NCBI GenBank assembly: GCA_030698625.1
Contig: JAUYMS010000035.1
Location: 9,950 to 73,949, forward strand
DNA: 64,000 nt
Source of the DNA: Candidatus Omnitrophota bacterium
GTDB lineage: Bacteria; Omnitrophota; Omnitrophia; Omnitrophales; Aquincolibacteriaceae
Reading direction: 5' to 3'
Numbering within the stretch: position 1 is the first letter of the stretch; the number at the start of each line of letters is the position of its first letter. Shown here one piece after another: positions 1 through 9,812 of the stretch. The translations under genes and the position numbers were made by a program. The notes under the pieces are model-generated. The model saw nothing but the letters and a program-made list of their open reading frames with translations, had not been told where the DNA came from and ran no database searches.

Positions 1-1273
1 AGACGTCATGCTCCGAGAAATGAAGATTCGGAGTTATATCGGTACGCCAATTTTAGATGCGCAAGGACGGGTCTTGGGCCTTTTGGTGGTGCTGTTTCGC
101 CGGCCCCTGAAAGAGACTCGCATCGCTGAATCGCTTCTTAAGGTGTTTGCGACGCGAGCCGCCGCAGAGGTCGAACGCAAACGAGCCGAGAAATCACTGC
201 GCGAGAGCGAGGAAGAGAATCGCGAGGCCCGTCAATTTGCCGACCTCCTGATTGATAGCAGCGTGGACGGAATCCTCGCCTTTGATCATGAGTGTCGTTA
301 TACCATGTGGAACTCGGGAATGGAACGGATCACCGATATGGCGCGCAGCGAATGTTTAGGGAAGGTGGCTTTCGACATCTTCCCCTTTTTGAAGGAAATC
401 GGAGAGGACTACTATTTTCAGCAGGCTCTCGGCGGCAATTACGCGGTTGCCAGAGACCGTCGTTTTACACTTCCCGATGGAAGGGAGGGGTTCTTCGAAG
501 GGCATTATTCGCCGATTCGGGATAGGAGCGGGACTGTCGTGGGAGGATTGGCCGTGATCCGTGATATTACGGAGCGCAAGAACTCTATAGAAGCCCTGCG
601 GGTGAGTGAGCGGCTCGTCCAGGAAAATCAGATGCGGCTTTTAAGTATCAGCCATCGTGAACAACAGCGTTTTGGCCAGGATTTACATGACGGCCTGGGG
701 CAGCACTTAACCGGCATAGGTCTCAAAGCCAAAGCTCTAGAAAGCCGTCTGACGAAAGAAAAGATGTCTGTCGGGAAAGAGGCGGCAGAAATTAAAAAAC
801 TTGTTCGTGAGGCCATTCAGATGACGCGCGATATGTCACGCGAGCTCTTTCCTGTCATGGTGACCGAATTTGGTTTGGTGATGGCCCTCGAAGAATTGGT
901 GAAGCATATAGAAGACAGGTTTTCTGTCGGCTGTCGTTTTGAACACGAACCCGGATTACCCGATTTGAGTCATGAGACGGCGACCCATCTCTTTCGTATC
1001 GTTCAAGAAGCGATCAATAATGCAATTCGTCACGGACAAGCGAAGCATATTGTCGTTCGACTGGGGCTTGACCGGGGGCGGGTATTACTTGCTATAGAAG
1101 ACGACGGTCAGGGGATTAGTCCTTTAAAAGAGAAAAGCCAGGGCATGGGTTTTCACATCATGAAAGCACGTGCCGAAGTAGTCGGGGCGATTCTCAGGAT
1201 TCAAAGCGAGGAGAAGAAGGGGACGATCGTTTCATGCCGGATGACCGGGGGGAGGGAGGTTGACTCACGATGA
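1..1273 (+). CDS. Sensor histidine kinase, 5'-truncated at the window edge (GAF C-terminus – PAS – HisKA_3 – HATPase_c)
   Basis: The ORF is open from nt 1, so the N-terminus lies upstream. A PAS region is followed by the HisKA_3 H-box motif LHDGLGQHLTGI and an HATPase_c region (QEAINNAIRHG…DDGQGI). The stop overlaps the downstream regulator start by 4 nt (ATGA). Confidence 0.8.
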   Translation, partial: DVMLREMKIRSYIGTPILDAQGRVLGLLVVLFRRPLKETRIAESLLKVFATRAAAEVERKRAEKSLRESEEENREARQFADLLIDSSVDGILAFDHECRYTMWNSGMERITDMARSECLGKVAFDIFPFLKEIGEDYYFQQALGGNYAVARDRRFTLPDGREGFFEGHYSPIRDRSGTVVGGLAVIRDITERKNSIEALRVSERLVQENQMRLLSISHREQQRFGQDLHDGLGQHLTGIGLKAKALESRLTKEKMSVGKEAAEIKKLVREAIQMTRDMSRELFPVMVTEFGLVMALEELVKHIEDRFSVGCRFEHEPGLPDLSHETATHLFRIVQEAINNAIRHGQAKHIVVRLGLDRGRVLLAIEDDGQGISPLKEKSQGMGFHIMKARAEVVGAILRIQSEEKKGTIVSCRMTGGREVDSR

Positions 1274-1923
1274 GCCGTAAGAAGAAAATTTTACTGGTCG
1301 ATGATCATCCGGTCATGCTTGAGGGCCTCAGCAAGTTGATCGCCGAGAACGAGGGGCTGGCGGTCTGCGGTACAGCCGAGGATGAAGCGGGCGTTATTGA
1401 TGCTATCAGCGAGCACCGTCCCGATGCCATAATCATGGATATCGGATTAAAGAACAGCAACGGCCTTAATATTATGAAGAGTCTTCATGCGCAGAAATCT
1501 ACGATTCCGATCCTCGTGCTCTCCATGCATGACGAAGCCCTTTATGCCGAACGTTGTTTGAAAGCCGGGGCCCTGGGCTACCTCATGAAGCAGGAGGCTC
1601 CCGACAAGGTTATCGAGGCTCTATTTCGTGTCCTATCGGGATCCATTTATGTCAGCGAGAAGATCATCGACCGGATTGTTCAGCGCACGACGACCAACAG
1701 AGACGCTAATGTCCGGGGGATAACCGAATGCCTAACGGACCGGGAGCTTGAGGTTTTTGAGCTGATCGGCACCGGCCACGGTACCCGCGACATTGCCGAA
1801 AAACTCAATCTAAGTGTTAAGACGGTAGAGACTTACAGAGAGCGTATTAAGGTGAAGCTGGGTTTTAAGACGGGCACACAGTTGGTGCAGCAGGCCCATT
1901 CCTGGGTTCAGGACGCGCAGTAA
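1270..1923 (+). CDS. NarL/FixJ-family response regulator (REC domain + LuxR-type HTH)
   Basis: N-terminus KILLVDDHPVMLEGL with an IMDIGL phospho-Asp context. C-terminal LuxR helix-turn-helix LTDRELEVFELIG…SVKTVETYRERIKVKLG. Translationally coupled to the upstream kinase. Confidence 0.85.
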   Translation: MSRKKKILLVDDHPVMLEGLSKLIAENEGLAVCGTAEDEAGVIDAISEHRPDAIIMDIGLKNSNGLNIMKSLHAQKSTIPILVLSMHDEALYAERCLKAGALGYLMKQEAPDKVIEALFRVLSGSIYVSEKIIDRIVQRTTTNRDANVRGITECLTDRELEVFELIGTGHGTRDIAEKLNLSVKTVETYRERIKVKLGFKTGTQLVQQAHSWVQDAQ

Positions 1924-1938
1924 CCTCCATCATCCATA

Positions 1939-2475
1939 GTGTTTTCCCCCACAGAAAGATCAGGTTTAACCCCGATAGATAGGCCCATGCCCCGTGTGCA
2001 TAATCCTCATATGGATTCGCGAGAGGTTATCGGGAAGGCCATCCGCTGGGGGATGTATCGGTTGAAACCAACCGAGAAACTCAATCTGCTCTTCGTCGGC
2101 GAGGAGCAGAACTACGCCGTCGTTCGCGATCACCTTACCCGCTTGAATAGCACTCTCACATTGTGCGCGGGGGAGTCCCACGTTGTCCCTCAACTGGGAA
2201 AAAGAATCTATCACGGTTGCCTTGTTGAGGTGACGTTCCCTGACCTGAGTGGTCTGCAGATTGCTACCGCCATTCGCGAGGCCGGACCGAAAAACCTGCC
2301 CATTATCGCCTTGACCGAGCCCCTCACGATGAATTTTAAGGAGCGGATTCTTGCGGGCGGCGCGAACGAATGTATTGTGCGGCCTTGGGATGAGAACGCG
2401 ATGAGAAGGGCCTTGGAATACGTACTGCGCTTTAGCGACGTCAATCTCCGGAGACGGCTTCATCCTCGACGTTGA
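1939..2475 (+). CDS. Atypical (pseudo-)receiver domain protein
   Basis: CheY-like fold signature LLFVGEE…GCLVEVTFPDLSG…IPIIALTEP…RPWDE. The phospho-acceptor Asp position appears to be Glu, and the conserved Lys is replaced by Arg (RPW). The start codon is uncertain: GTG at 1939, ATG at 1987 or ATG at 2011. Confidence 0.5.
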   Translation: MFSPTERSGLTPIDRPMPRVHNPHMDSREVIGKAIRWGMYRLKPTEKLNLLFVGEEQNYAVVRDHLTRLNSTLTLCAGESHVVPQLGKRIYHGCLVEVTFPDLSGLQIATAIREAGPKNLPIIALTEPLTMNFKERILAGGANECIVRPWDENAMRRALEYVLRFSDVNLRRRLHPRR

Positions 2476-2506
2476 TTCCTTGGCGGTCATCTAGCAAAAT
2501 GTTGCG

Positions 2507-2908
2507 ATGGGAGCCCATGAATTTATGTATACCAACGGAACCAGGCTATTATTCGTAGGAGACGAGCTCGATTTTGTCGTCATCCGTGAACGCATGAGAA
2601 AGTTCGACTGCAACGTCGAATTTGCTCTCACAGGCCGGGAGGCCCTCCTTAAGCTGGAAACCAATCATTATGGCGCGTGTCTGATTGCTGTCATGGCGAC
2701 TTCTATGGACTTTGTCCAAGTGGCGTCGATCATTCGGGATGAGGTACATCAAAAGATTCCGATTATTGTGATGAGTGAATCCTTGAGCGAAGATTACCGC
2801 AACAGGATACTGGCGGGTGGTGTGCGCGCCTGTGTCGAACGGCCTTGGGATGACAGGGCTATGGCCGCTGTCGTCGAAACAATACGCCATCATGGAAACG
2901 ACGAGTGA
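2507..2908 (+). CDS. Atypical (pseudo-)receiver domain protein, paralog of 1939–2475
   Basis: Same architecture as the upstream gene: LLFVGDE…ACLIAVMATSMD…IPIIVMSES…RPWDD. A canonical phospho-Asp is lacking and the ending is the same RPWD. Confidence 0.5.
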   Translation: MGAHEFMYTNGTRLLFVGDELDFVVIRERMRKFDCNVEFALTGREALLKLETNHYGACLIAVMATSMDFVQVASIIRDEVHQKIPIIVMSESLSEDYRNRILAGGVRACVERPWDDRAMAAVVETIRHHGNDE

Positions 2909-2964
2909 GTTCGAGTAGCCCTTTCGTGATTTAAATTCCTTTCTATGAGTGTTATCATGCAACC

Positions 2965-3357
2965 ATGTTTTCTCTCACCCCCTACATGTACGTTGCCATC
3001 GCATCGTACTTTCTTTTGGTCCTGGGACTTTGCTATCGCAAAAGTAACCGGCAGCTTCACGCCAGACTCATGTCCGGCGCAATTGCGGCCGATATCACGA
3101 TCGTTTTTCTACTGCAAATCAAGAAACACGTCATCGGCACGGCGCTTTCGTCCACTCTCAATATTTGGCAACAGCTCCATGTCGCTGCCTCAGTCACCGC
3201 CGTACTGCTCTACTTACCCGTCCTGATCCTAGGTTACCGATTGCTACGGCACCAGGCAGGTTCGCGGACTCGTTCATGGCATATCCGGTTTGGCCTGGCG
3301 GCATTTCTCTTCCGTACCTTAGGACTGATCTGGATGTTTTCTTTTATTGAAAAATAG
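2965..3357 (+). CDS. Small polytopic membrane protein (DUF420-like)
   Basis: 130 aa with about 4 predicted hydrophobic helices. A plausible ATG follows a short gap. Confidence 0.4.
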   Translation: MFSLTPYMYVAIASYFLLVLGLCYRKSNRQLHARLMSGAIAADITIVFLLQIKKHVIGTALSSTLNIWQQLHVAASVTAVLLYLPVLILGYRLLRHQAGSRTRSWHIRFGLAAFLFRTLGLIWMFSFIEK

Positions 3358-3444
3358 TTTTCTATCATGTTAAGAAATGCGAGGTGAATTATCATCTGGG
3401 GACTGCAGGGCATCCAAGAAATTATTAATCCGCACCCTCTCTTT

Positions 3445-3948
3445 GTGCATTTTCCGATCGGGTTATTGATGGGGGCGACGGCCTTCTATTTTTTGGGTAC
3501 TGTTTTTAAGAAAAATGAGCTTTTTGTCGCCGGTAAGTGGGCGCTTTCTCTGGGTGCCCTCTCGTCCGTTATCACAGCATGGACGGGTTTCGTCGCTTCC
3601 ATGAATGTGCCTCACGGCGGCGGTGCACATGACTTCATGAACACGCATCGAAACCTAGGTTATACGGTTGCGGTCATCGCCGTTCTACTGAGTATCTGGG
3701 TATTTTCTTCCGGCTCGGCGATTCCGGCTAAGGGGAGAGGGCTGTTCTTAGCGGCGCTTGTGCTGCTCAACGCCGTGCTCATTCAAGGCGCCGATCTCGG
3801 CGGACGTATGGTTTTTCTTCACGGCGTTGGTGTCGGCAGAAAAAGTATGATGCCCGCGGCCATGTCCGAAGAGCATGAGGGCAGCGAACACGGCGGCCAC
3901 GAACATGCCGGCCATGAAGCTGCCGGTACTCCGCACGAAGGCCCTTGA
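3445..3948 (+). CDS. Integral membrane protein with a His-rich C-terminal tail
   Basis: About 4 hydrophobic segments. The C-terminus is SEEHEGSEHGGHEHAGHEAAGTPHEGP, with 8 His in 27 aa, which suggests metal binding. Confidence 0.45.
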   Translation: MHFPIGLLMGATAFYFLGTVFKKNELFVAGKWALSLGALSSVITAWTGFVASMNVPHGGGAHDFMNTHRNLGYTVAVIAVLLSIWVFSSGSAIPAKGRGLFLAALVLLNAVLIQGADLGGRMVFLHGVGVGRKSMMPAAMSEEHEGSEHGGHEHAGHEAAGTPHEGP

Positions 3949-3958
3949 GGGTTTGTCT

Positions 3959-4519
3959 ATGAAGAAGCGATGCGAGTGGCCGGGGGAGGACCCCTTGTAC
4001 GTGAAATATCACGATAAGGAATGGGGGGTGCCGGTTCACAATGACCGGAAGCTGTTTGAATTCCTCCTATTGGAAGGCGCCCAGGCAGGTCTCAGTTGGA
4101 TTACCATCCTGCGCAAGAGAGAGAATTATCGAAAGGCGTTCGACAGTTTTGATGTGCGAAGGATCTCCCGCTACAAACGTGCTAAGGAGAAATCCCTTCT
4201 ATCCAATGAGGGCATTGTGAGGAACCGATTGAAGATCGATTCGGCTGTCACTAATGCACAGGCCTTTCTTGATATCCAGAAGGAGTACGGCAGTTTCGAC
4301 CGCTATATATGGCAGTTCGTGCAGCATCGGCCTAAGAAGAACCGGCGGCGGTCACTTCGGGACCTTCCCGCAAAGACACCGGAATCGGATGCGATGTCGA
4401 AAGACCTCAAGAAGAGGGGGTTTCGTTTCGTGGGATCGACTATCTGTTATGCCTTCATGCAAGCCGTGGGCATGGTCAATGATCACGTGCAAAGTTGTTA
4501 CCGCTACCGCCAAGTTTAG
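3959..4519 (+). CDS. tag: DNA-3-methyladenine glycosylase I
   Basis: Strong family match: KRCEWPGEDPLYVKYHDKEWGVP…LLLEGAQAGLSWITILRKRENYRKAF…KKRGFRFVGSTICYAFMQAVGMVNDHV…SCYRY. The start was chosen at the internal ATG that gives the family-typical N-terminus. Confidence 0.85.
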   Translation: MKKRCEWPGEDPLYVKYHDKEWGVPVHNDRKLFEFLLLEGAQAGLSWITILRKRENYRKAFDSFDVRRISRYKRAKEKSLLSNEGIVRNRLKIDSAVTNAQAFLDIQKEYGSFDRYIWQFVQHRPKKNRRRSLRDLPAKTPESDAMSKDLKKRGFRFVGSTICYAFMQAVGMVNDHVQSCYRYRQV

Positions 4520-4706
4520 CGGCAAGAAGCGCATACCTTCGGTTTCCCAGTAAAAAGTCTCTCTCCCTAGTGCACCCCGCCACTTTCTAGCGATTCATAG
4601 CAAAACCAAGAAATCATGCCTCTACCGTTTGAAAATCCGGAAAACGCCATGTAGATTTTAAAGGCTTTTTAGGCAAATAAAAACTCAGACTAAGGACAGG
4701 CTACAA

Positions 4707-5568
4707 GTGCGCTCAATTAAATATGCGGTTAAAGGATCTTCGTTGTGGCTGTTTGTGATGGTTTTCTGCGTGATTTTTACGGGAGCCCCTCGTGCGCGCG
4801 GCGCGGAGCTGACCGGCGACAACTTGGCCGTATTTATAACCGGTCTTTCAGGCGGCCATCAATTCCAAGCTTATATGGACGAAGCCGTCGGCCAGCTGCA
4901 GGAAGTGCTCCTTGCTAACGCGTATGCCCGGGAGCGGATGATTCGCTTTTCCGAGAGTCAGGACGGCGAACTGCAATGGGGAAAGAACGTGCCTGCACGC
5001 GTTGATCGCTTGGAACCGTTTATGACACGTGTGGCCGAGCGGACCAAGTCTTATGAGAATGTTTTCGTCTTTATAGCCGGCCATGCCAACGGGCGGGATG
5101 AGGAGGCAAAGTTCCATCTTGGGGGAGAGGATGTCTCTTATGAGACGCTCATCCGCTGGATTGACGGTATTCCGGCTGAGCGGCTTATATTGATTTTGGC
5201 CGCCCCGCAAGGCGAGGTATGGATTCGCTCACTGAGCGGCCCCGGCCGCGTTCTTATCGTCGGAAACGGTTTCCGCGAATTTGATTTTCTGCCCACACTT
5301 TTCCTCCGTCTCTTTCCGGAAATATTTCGTGAATTGAGTGAAGCGGCTGAGGCGGAGGGCATCGGATCGATTTCGCTTAGAGATGTTTTTATCGAAACTC
5401 AAACAAGAGTTCAGGAGTGGTATCGCGTCAACGGACTTCACCCGACCGAGGTGGCGTTGATTGATGCGGACGGAGACCAAAGGGGAGAAACACTGATGGA
5501 ACTGCAAGATGGGGAAGATGTGCCGGCGGTAAAGTCAATTCTATTTAAAATTCCAGGAGGTAGTAACC

Positions 5569-5594
<26 letters not shown>
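4707..5594 (+). CDS. Secreted hypothetical protein with a legumain/caspase-like (clan CD) fold signature; the catalytic Cys is apparently absent
   Basis: Signal-peptide-like N-terminus. His-block VFVFIAGHANG, then a hydrophobic block LILILAAPQGE where clan CD peptidases carry the catalytic Cys. GTG start. Overlaps moxR by 26 nt. Confidence 0.4.
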
Positions 5595-6651
<1,057 letters not shown>

Positions 6652-6710
6652 TCAAACCGGTAGGGGGATAACAGAAGAAAACAGCTAAAAGCTTACTGAT
6701 TCGTATGCTT

Positions 6711-6746
6711 GGGTCAAGACTGCTCTGCTTTCTTGGCCCTTTTTTT
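6711..6746 (+). terminator. Intrinsic terminator/attenuator-like hairpin between moxR and the DUF58 gene
   Basis: A 9-bp stem GGGTCAAGA / TCTTGGCCC with one G·U pair and an 11-nt loop, followed by T7 (6740–6746). It sits in the 111-nt gap inside an otherwise tightly packed operon. Confidence 0.5.
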
Positions 6747-6762
6747 GTCCTAAAGAAAGGTA

Positions 6763-7674
6763 ATGATGTCACAAACAGAGCCGCTAAAAAATTTCCTGGA
6801 TCCCAAAACGGTCTCAAAGATTACCGATTTCCGCCTGCTCGTACGCCTGATCGTTGACGGATTCTTTATGGGTGCGCACCGGGGGCCGAAACAGGCCTTT
6901 TCGCTGGAATACAGTAAGCACCGCGACTATTACCCTGGGGACCCCTTGAAACGTGTGGATTGGCGTCTGTTCGGTAAGACCGACCGCCATTTCGTAAAAC
7001 AGTATGAAGAGGAGACCAATCTCGAGGCGTGGCTCGTAGTGGATATCAGTAAATCCATGAGTTATCAGGGGAGTCGTGCGGCCCTGAGCAAACTGCGCTA
7101 TGCGGCTTGTTTGGCGGGAGCGATCGCGCATTGGCTCCTCGGGCAGAAGGACCTGGTGGGTCTCATTCTTTTCGACAGCCGCGTGCGAAAGATCATTCCT
7201 CCGAGCTCGACGAACCGGCAGTTGGCGATTCTGCTCAAAGAACTTTGTAATTTGAAAGAAGGCGAGGAATCACAGTTTGAACATGCAACGCGCCACGCGG
7301 CGAGCCGCATCAAGAGGCGAGGACTCATCATGCTTTTTTCCGATCTCTTGACGGACCCGGATCAAATCGAAAAAACCTTGCGGTATTTTCTGCATCGCGG
7401 AAATGAACTAATCGTATTTCATACACTCGCCCACGAAGAGCTTGAATTTCCCTTTAAGCGCTTTGGTTTTTTCGAGGACATGGAAACGAAACAGAAGATC
7501 CTATTGCAGCCCGAGTATTTGCGCGAAGAGTACTGCAAGCAGATGAAAGAATGCCTGGAGCGGATTAAAAAGACGTGCATGCGGATGAAAGTTCACTACG
7601 AACAAATAGAAACAACAACTCCGTTCGACAAGGCTCTGATGCGGATTGTCGAGACGCGCAAGAGGTTATACTGA
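6763..7674 (+). CDS. DUF58 protein (vWA-fold MoxR partner)
   Basis: DUF58 core: FSLEYSKHRDYYPGDPLKRVDWRLFGKTDRHFVKQYEEETNLEAWLVVDISKSM. RBS AAAGAAAGG. The stop overlaps the next start (TGATG). Confidence 0.8.
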   Translation: MMSQTEPLKNFLDPKTVSKITDFRLLVRLIVDGFFMGAHRGPKQAFSLEYSKHRDYYPGDPLKRVDWRLFGKTDRHFVKQYEEETNLEAWLVVDISKSMSYQGSRAALSKLRYAACLAGAIAHWLLGQKDLVGLILFDSRVRKIIPPSSTNRQLAILLKELCNLKEGEESQFEHATRHAASRIKRRGLIMLFSDLLTDPDQIEKTLRYFLHRGNELIVFHTLAHEELEFPFKRFGFFEDMETKQKILLQPEYLREEYCKQMKECLERIKKTCMRMKVHYEQIETTTPFDKALMRIVETRKRLY

Positions 7675-9806
7675 TGATGGCGCCGTTGCCGTTGCTACCG
7701 CTGTTTTTCCAATCCCCTTGGTTTCTGGCCGGTTTGGTGAGTTTGACCCTGCCGTTTTTGCTCCTTTTGACCAAATCGCGCACATACCGGACAACCTCAT
7801 TTAGCTCCGTCGATTTTCTGCGCACGGTGACGCAGAGGGCGTCGCGGGTCATCGAGATGAAGCGGCTCATACTCCTTCTTGTGCGGATGATGCTGCTAGC
7901 GCTCTTGGCTGCGGCCTTCGCGTTACCGTTCACTTACAAGAATGCGTTTTTCTCGCAAAGTGCGAGCCGGGATCATCTGATCGTTGTACTGGATCGTTCT
8001 TACAGCATGAGTTATCGCGACCGGGATGTGAGTCTGTTCGAGAAGGCGAAAAGTGAGATCCGCTACCTCCTGCGTGATCATAAAATTCATCATCCGTACG
8101 TGTCGCTCTATGTTTTTGATTCAAGGCTGGAACAAGTTGTAGAAAGAAGCCGTGATTATGAGGCCTTTGAAAAGCATTTGGCCGGGGCAGAGGAGTCCGG
8201 CTTTGCCGGGGACATAACGGCGCTTACTCAAAAGTTAGAACGCGAGTTTCGGAAATCCGACGGCACGCGTCGCAGCTTCTATGTTTACTCCGACCTCTCG
8301 GTGCGTGATAAGGAATTGTTCGAGGCTTCTCTTGCTGCAAGTGGAAACAGTCTCGATATACACTGGAGGGGGCTCGAAGTTGAATCCTATCGAAATTTTG
8401 TCATCGAAGACATTGTTTTGCCGCCGCATCCGTTTGTGGCTGGCGAAGAGGGCGAGATCAATGTTCTTTATCGAAGCTACGGTTACACGAATGGTGAGGG
8501 AGTCGATCTGAATCTTTGGGTGGATGATAGAAAAGTGGAAACGCTCAGAGTTATTCTTTCGGGCCCCGGTGCGGCTAACGCTGCGTTCCGTTACCTGTTT
8601 CCCGGTACCGGGACCTATCCCATACGCGTTGAAGCCGGGCCCGATCCTGTGAGTTGGGATAATGTTCGCCGCGCAGTTGCCGAGGCCGAGCCGCGGGTCT
8701 CATTGCTGGCGGTTGAAGCTAAGACCTATGCATACCCCTTTGATAGCCCGATATTCTTTTTCAGCCACGCTCTTCAAAGCCGGCAGGCCGTGGGAGACGG
8801 GAAATCATGGGTCGAATTCGTCAGCGTCCCGACTGAAAGTCTTGCGGATCTGGAACTGAGCCGCTACCCGCTCATATTGATTACCGATCATGCCGGCTTC
8901 GGACCGCGGCTTTTATCGCAGCTGCGCTATTACGTTAAAGAAGGCGGAAACGTTCTCTTCAGTGTGGGGAACGCATTTGACGCGGAGGGGCATAGCGAAA
9001 ACGGTCACTTAGAAAAATTTCTGGGAGGCCACTTCGGACAACGCGAAGACCGAAAACCTCCTGCGGATCCGATGCATCTCGGACCGTTAGATTACTCTCA
9101 GCCTCTGCTCAAGATCTTTGAGGCGGGTCGATTCGGGGATCTGGCAAGAATTCCGTTCCGGGCCCTGGTGCCGTTTATCCCTGCTGCCGAAGCTATGGAT
9201 CAAAAGGTGCTCTTATGGCTCGACTCAAAATGGCCGGTGCTCGTGGAGCAGCCCATGGGCCAAGGGCGCGTTTTCGTATGGACAACATCGCTCAACCATG
9301 ACTGGAATGATTTTCCGAAAGATCCGTTGTACGTTCCTTTCGTTAATGAGTTGCTGAAGTATATTGTTTTGCCCAATGCGCAGAATGTGCACGCTCTGGT
9401 GCTGGGCGAAAAGCTTGTGATCCCTCAGGATCCTTCTCTGGAATACACGGTTCTGAAAACACCCGCCGGCGAACCGATGACCTTTTACCCCTCGCGGAAA
9501 AGCGAACATATCCCGCTTTCTGCAAATACGCCCGGGTTTTACGAATGGGCCGAAGTCTACGCGGAAAAGACGGTCAACAAAGTCATCGCGAGCAATGTTG
9601 ATGCGCGCGAGTCTCTATGGAACCCGGTTACAATCAATGGCGGGATTGCGGCACCGAAAGCAGGAACTCAGAGTCTTCACGCTGAGGGGAGCAGGAAGCT
9701 TTCGGAGCGCATGTTCCTTTACATGCCGATGCTTTACGGCGCGCTTTTTTTGCTTTTGTGTGAAGCGTGGCTGGCAAATCGTTTTTATCAACCAAGGTGG
9801 GTTTAA
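7674..9806 (+). CDS. BatA-like protein: N-terminal double-transmembrane domain plus vWA-like region
   Basis: Two N-terminal TM helices (PLPLLPLFFQSPWFLAGLVSLTLPFLLLL … LILLLVRMMLLALLAAAFALPF) followed by the vWA-like block HLIVVLDRSYSM. A C-terminal TM anchor is present. Confidence 0.65.
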   Translation: MMAPLPLLPLFFQSPWFLAGLVSLTLPFLLLLTKSRTYRTTSFSSVDFLRTVTQRASRVIEMKRLILLLVRMMLLALLAAAFALPFTYKNAFFSQSASRDHLIVVLDRSYSMSYRDRDVSLFEKAKSEIRYLLRDHKIHHPYVSLYVFDSRLEQVVERSRDYEAFEKHLAGAEESGFAGDITALTQKLEREFRKSDGTRRSFYVYSDLSVRDKELFEASLAASGNSLDIHWRGLEVESYRNFVIEDIVLPPHPFVAGEEGEINVLYRSYGYTNGEGVDLNLWVDDRKVETLRVILSGPGAANAAFRYLFPGTGTYPIRVEAGPDPVSWDNVRRAVAEAEPRVSLLAVEAKTYAYPFDSPIFFFSHALQSRQAVGDGKSWVEFVSVPTESLADLELSRYPLILITDHAGFGPRLLSQLRYYVKEGGNVLFSVGNAFDAEGHSENGHLEKFLGGHFGQREDRKPPADPMHLGPLDYSQPLLKIFEAGRFGDLARIPFRALVPFIPAAEAMDQKVLLWLDSKWPVLVEQPMGQGRVFVWTTSLNHDWNDFPKDPLYVPFVNELLKYIVLPNAQNVHALVLGEKLVIPQDPSLEYTVLKTPAGEPMTFYPSRKSEHIPLSANTPGFYEWAEVYAEKTVNKVIASNVDARESLWNPVTINGGIAAPKAGTQSLHAEGSRKLSERMFLYMPMLYGALFLLLCEAWLANRFYQPRWV

Positions 9807-9812
9807 ATAAGA

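Noticed and set aside
1966-2490. 174-aa minus-strand ORF overlapping the first pseudo-receiver gene
   Set aside because: It is completely antisense to a receiver-fold ORF that has a conserved paralog immediately downstream. No start signal or domain.
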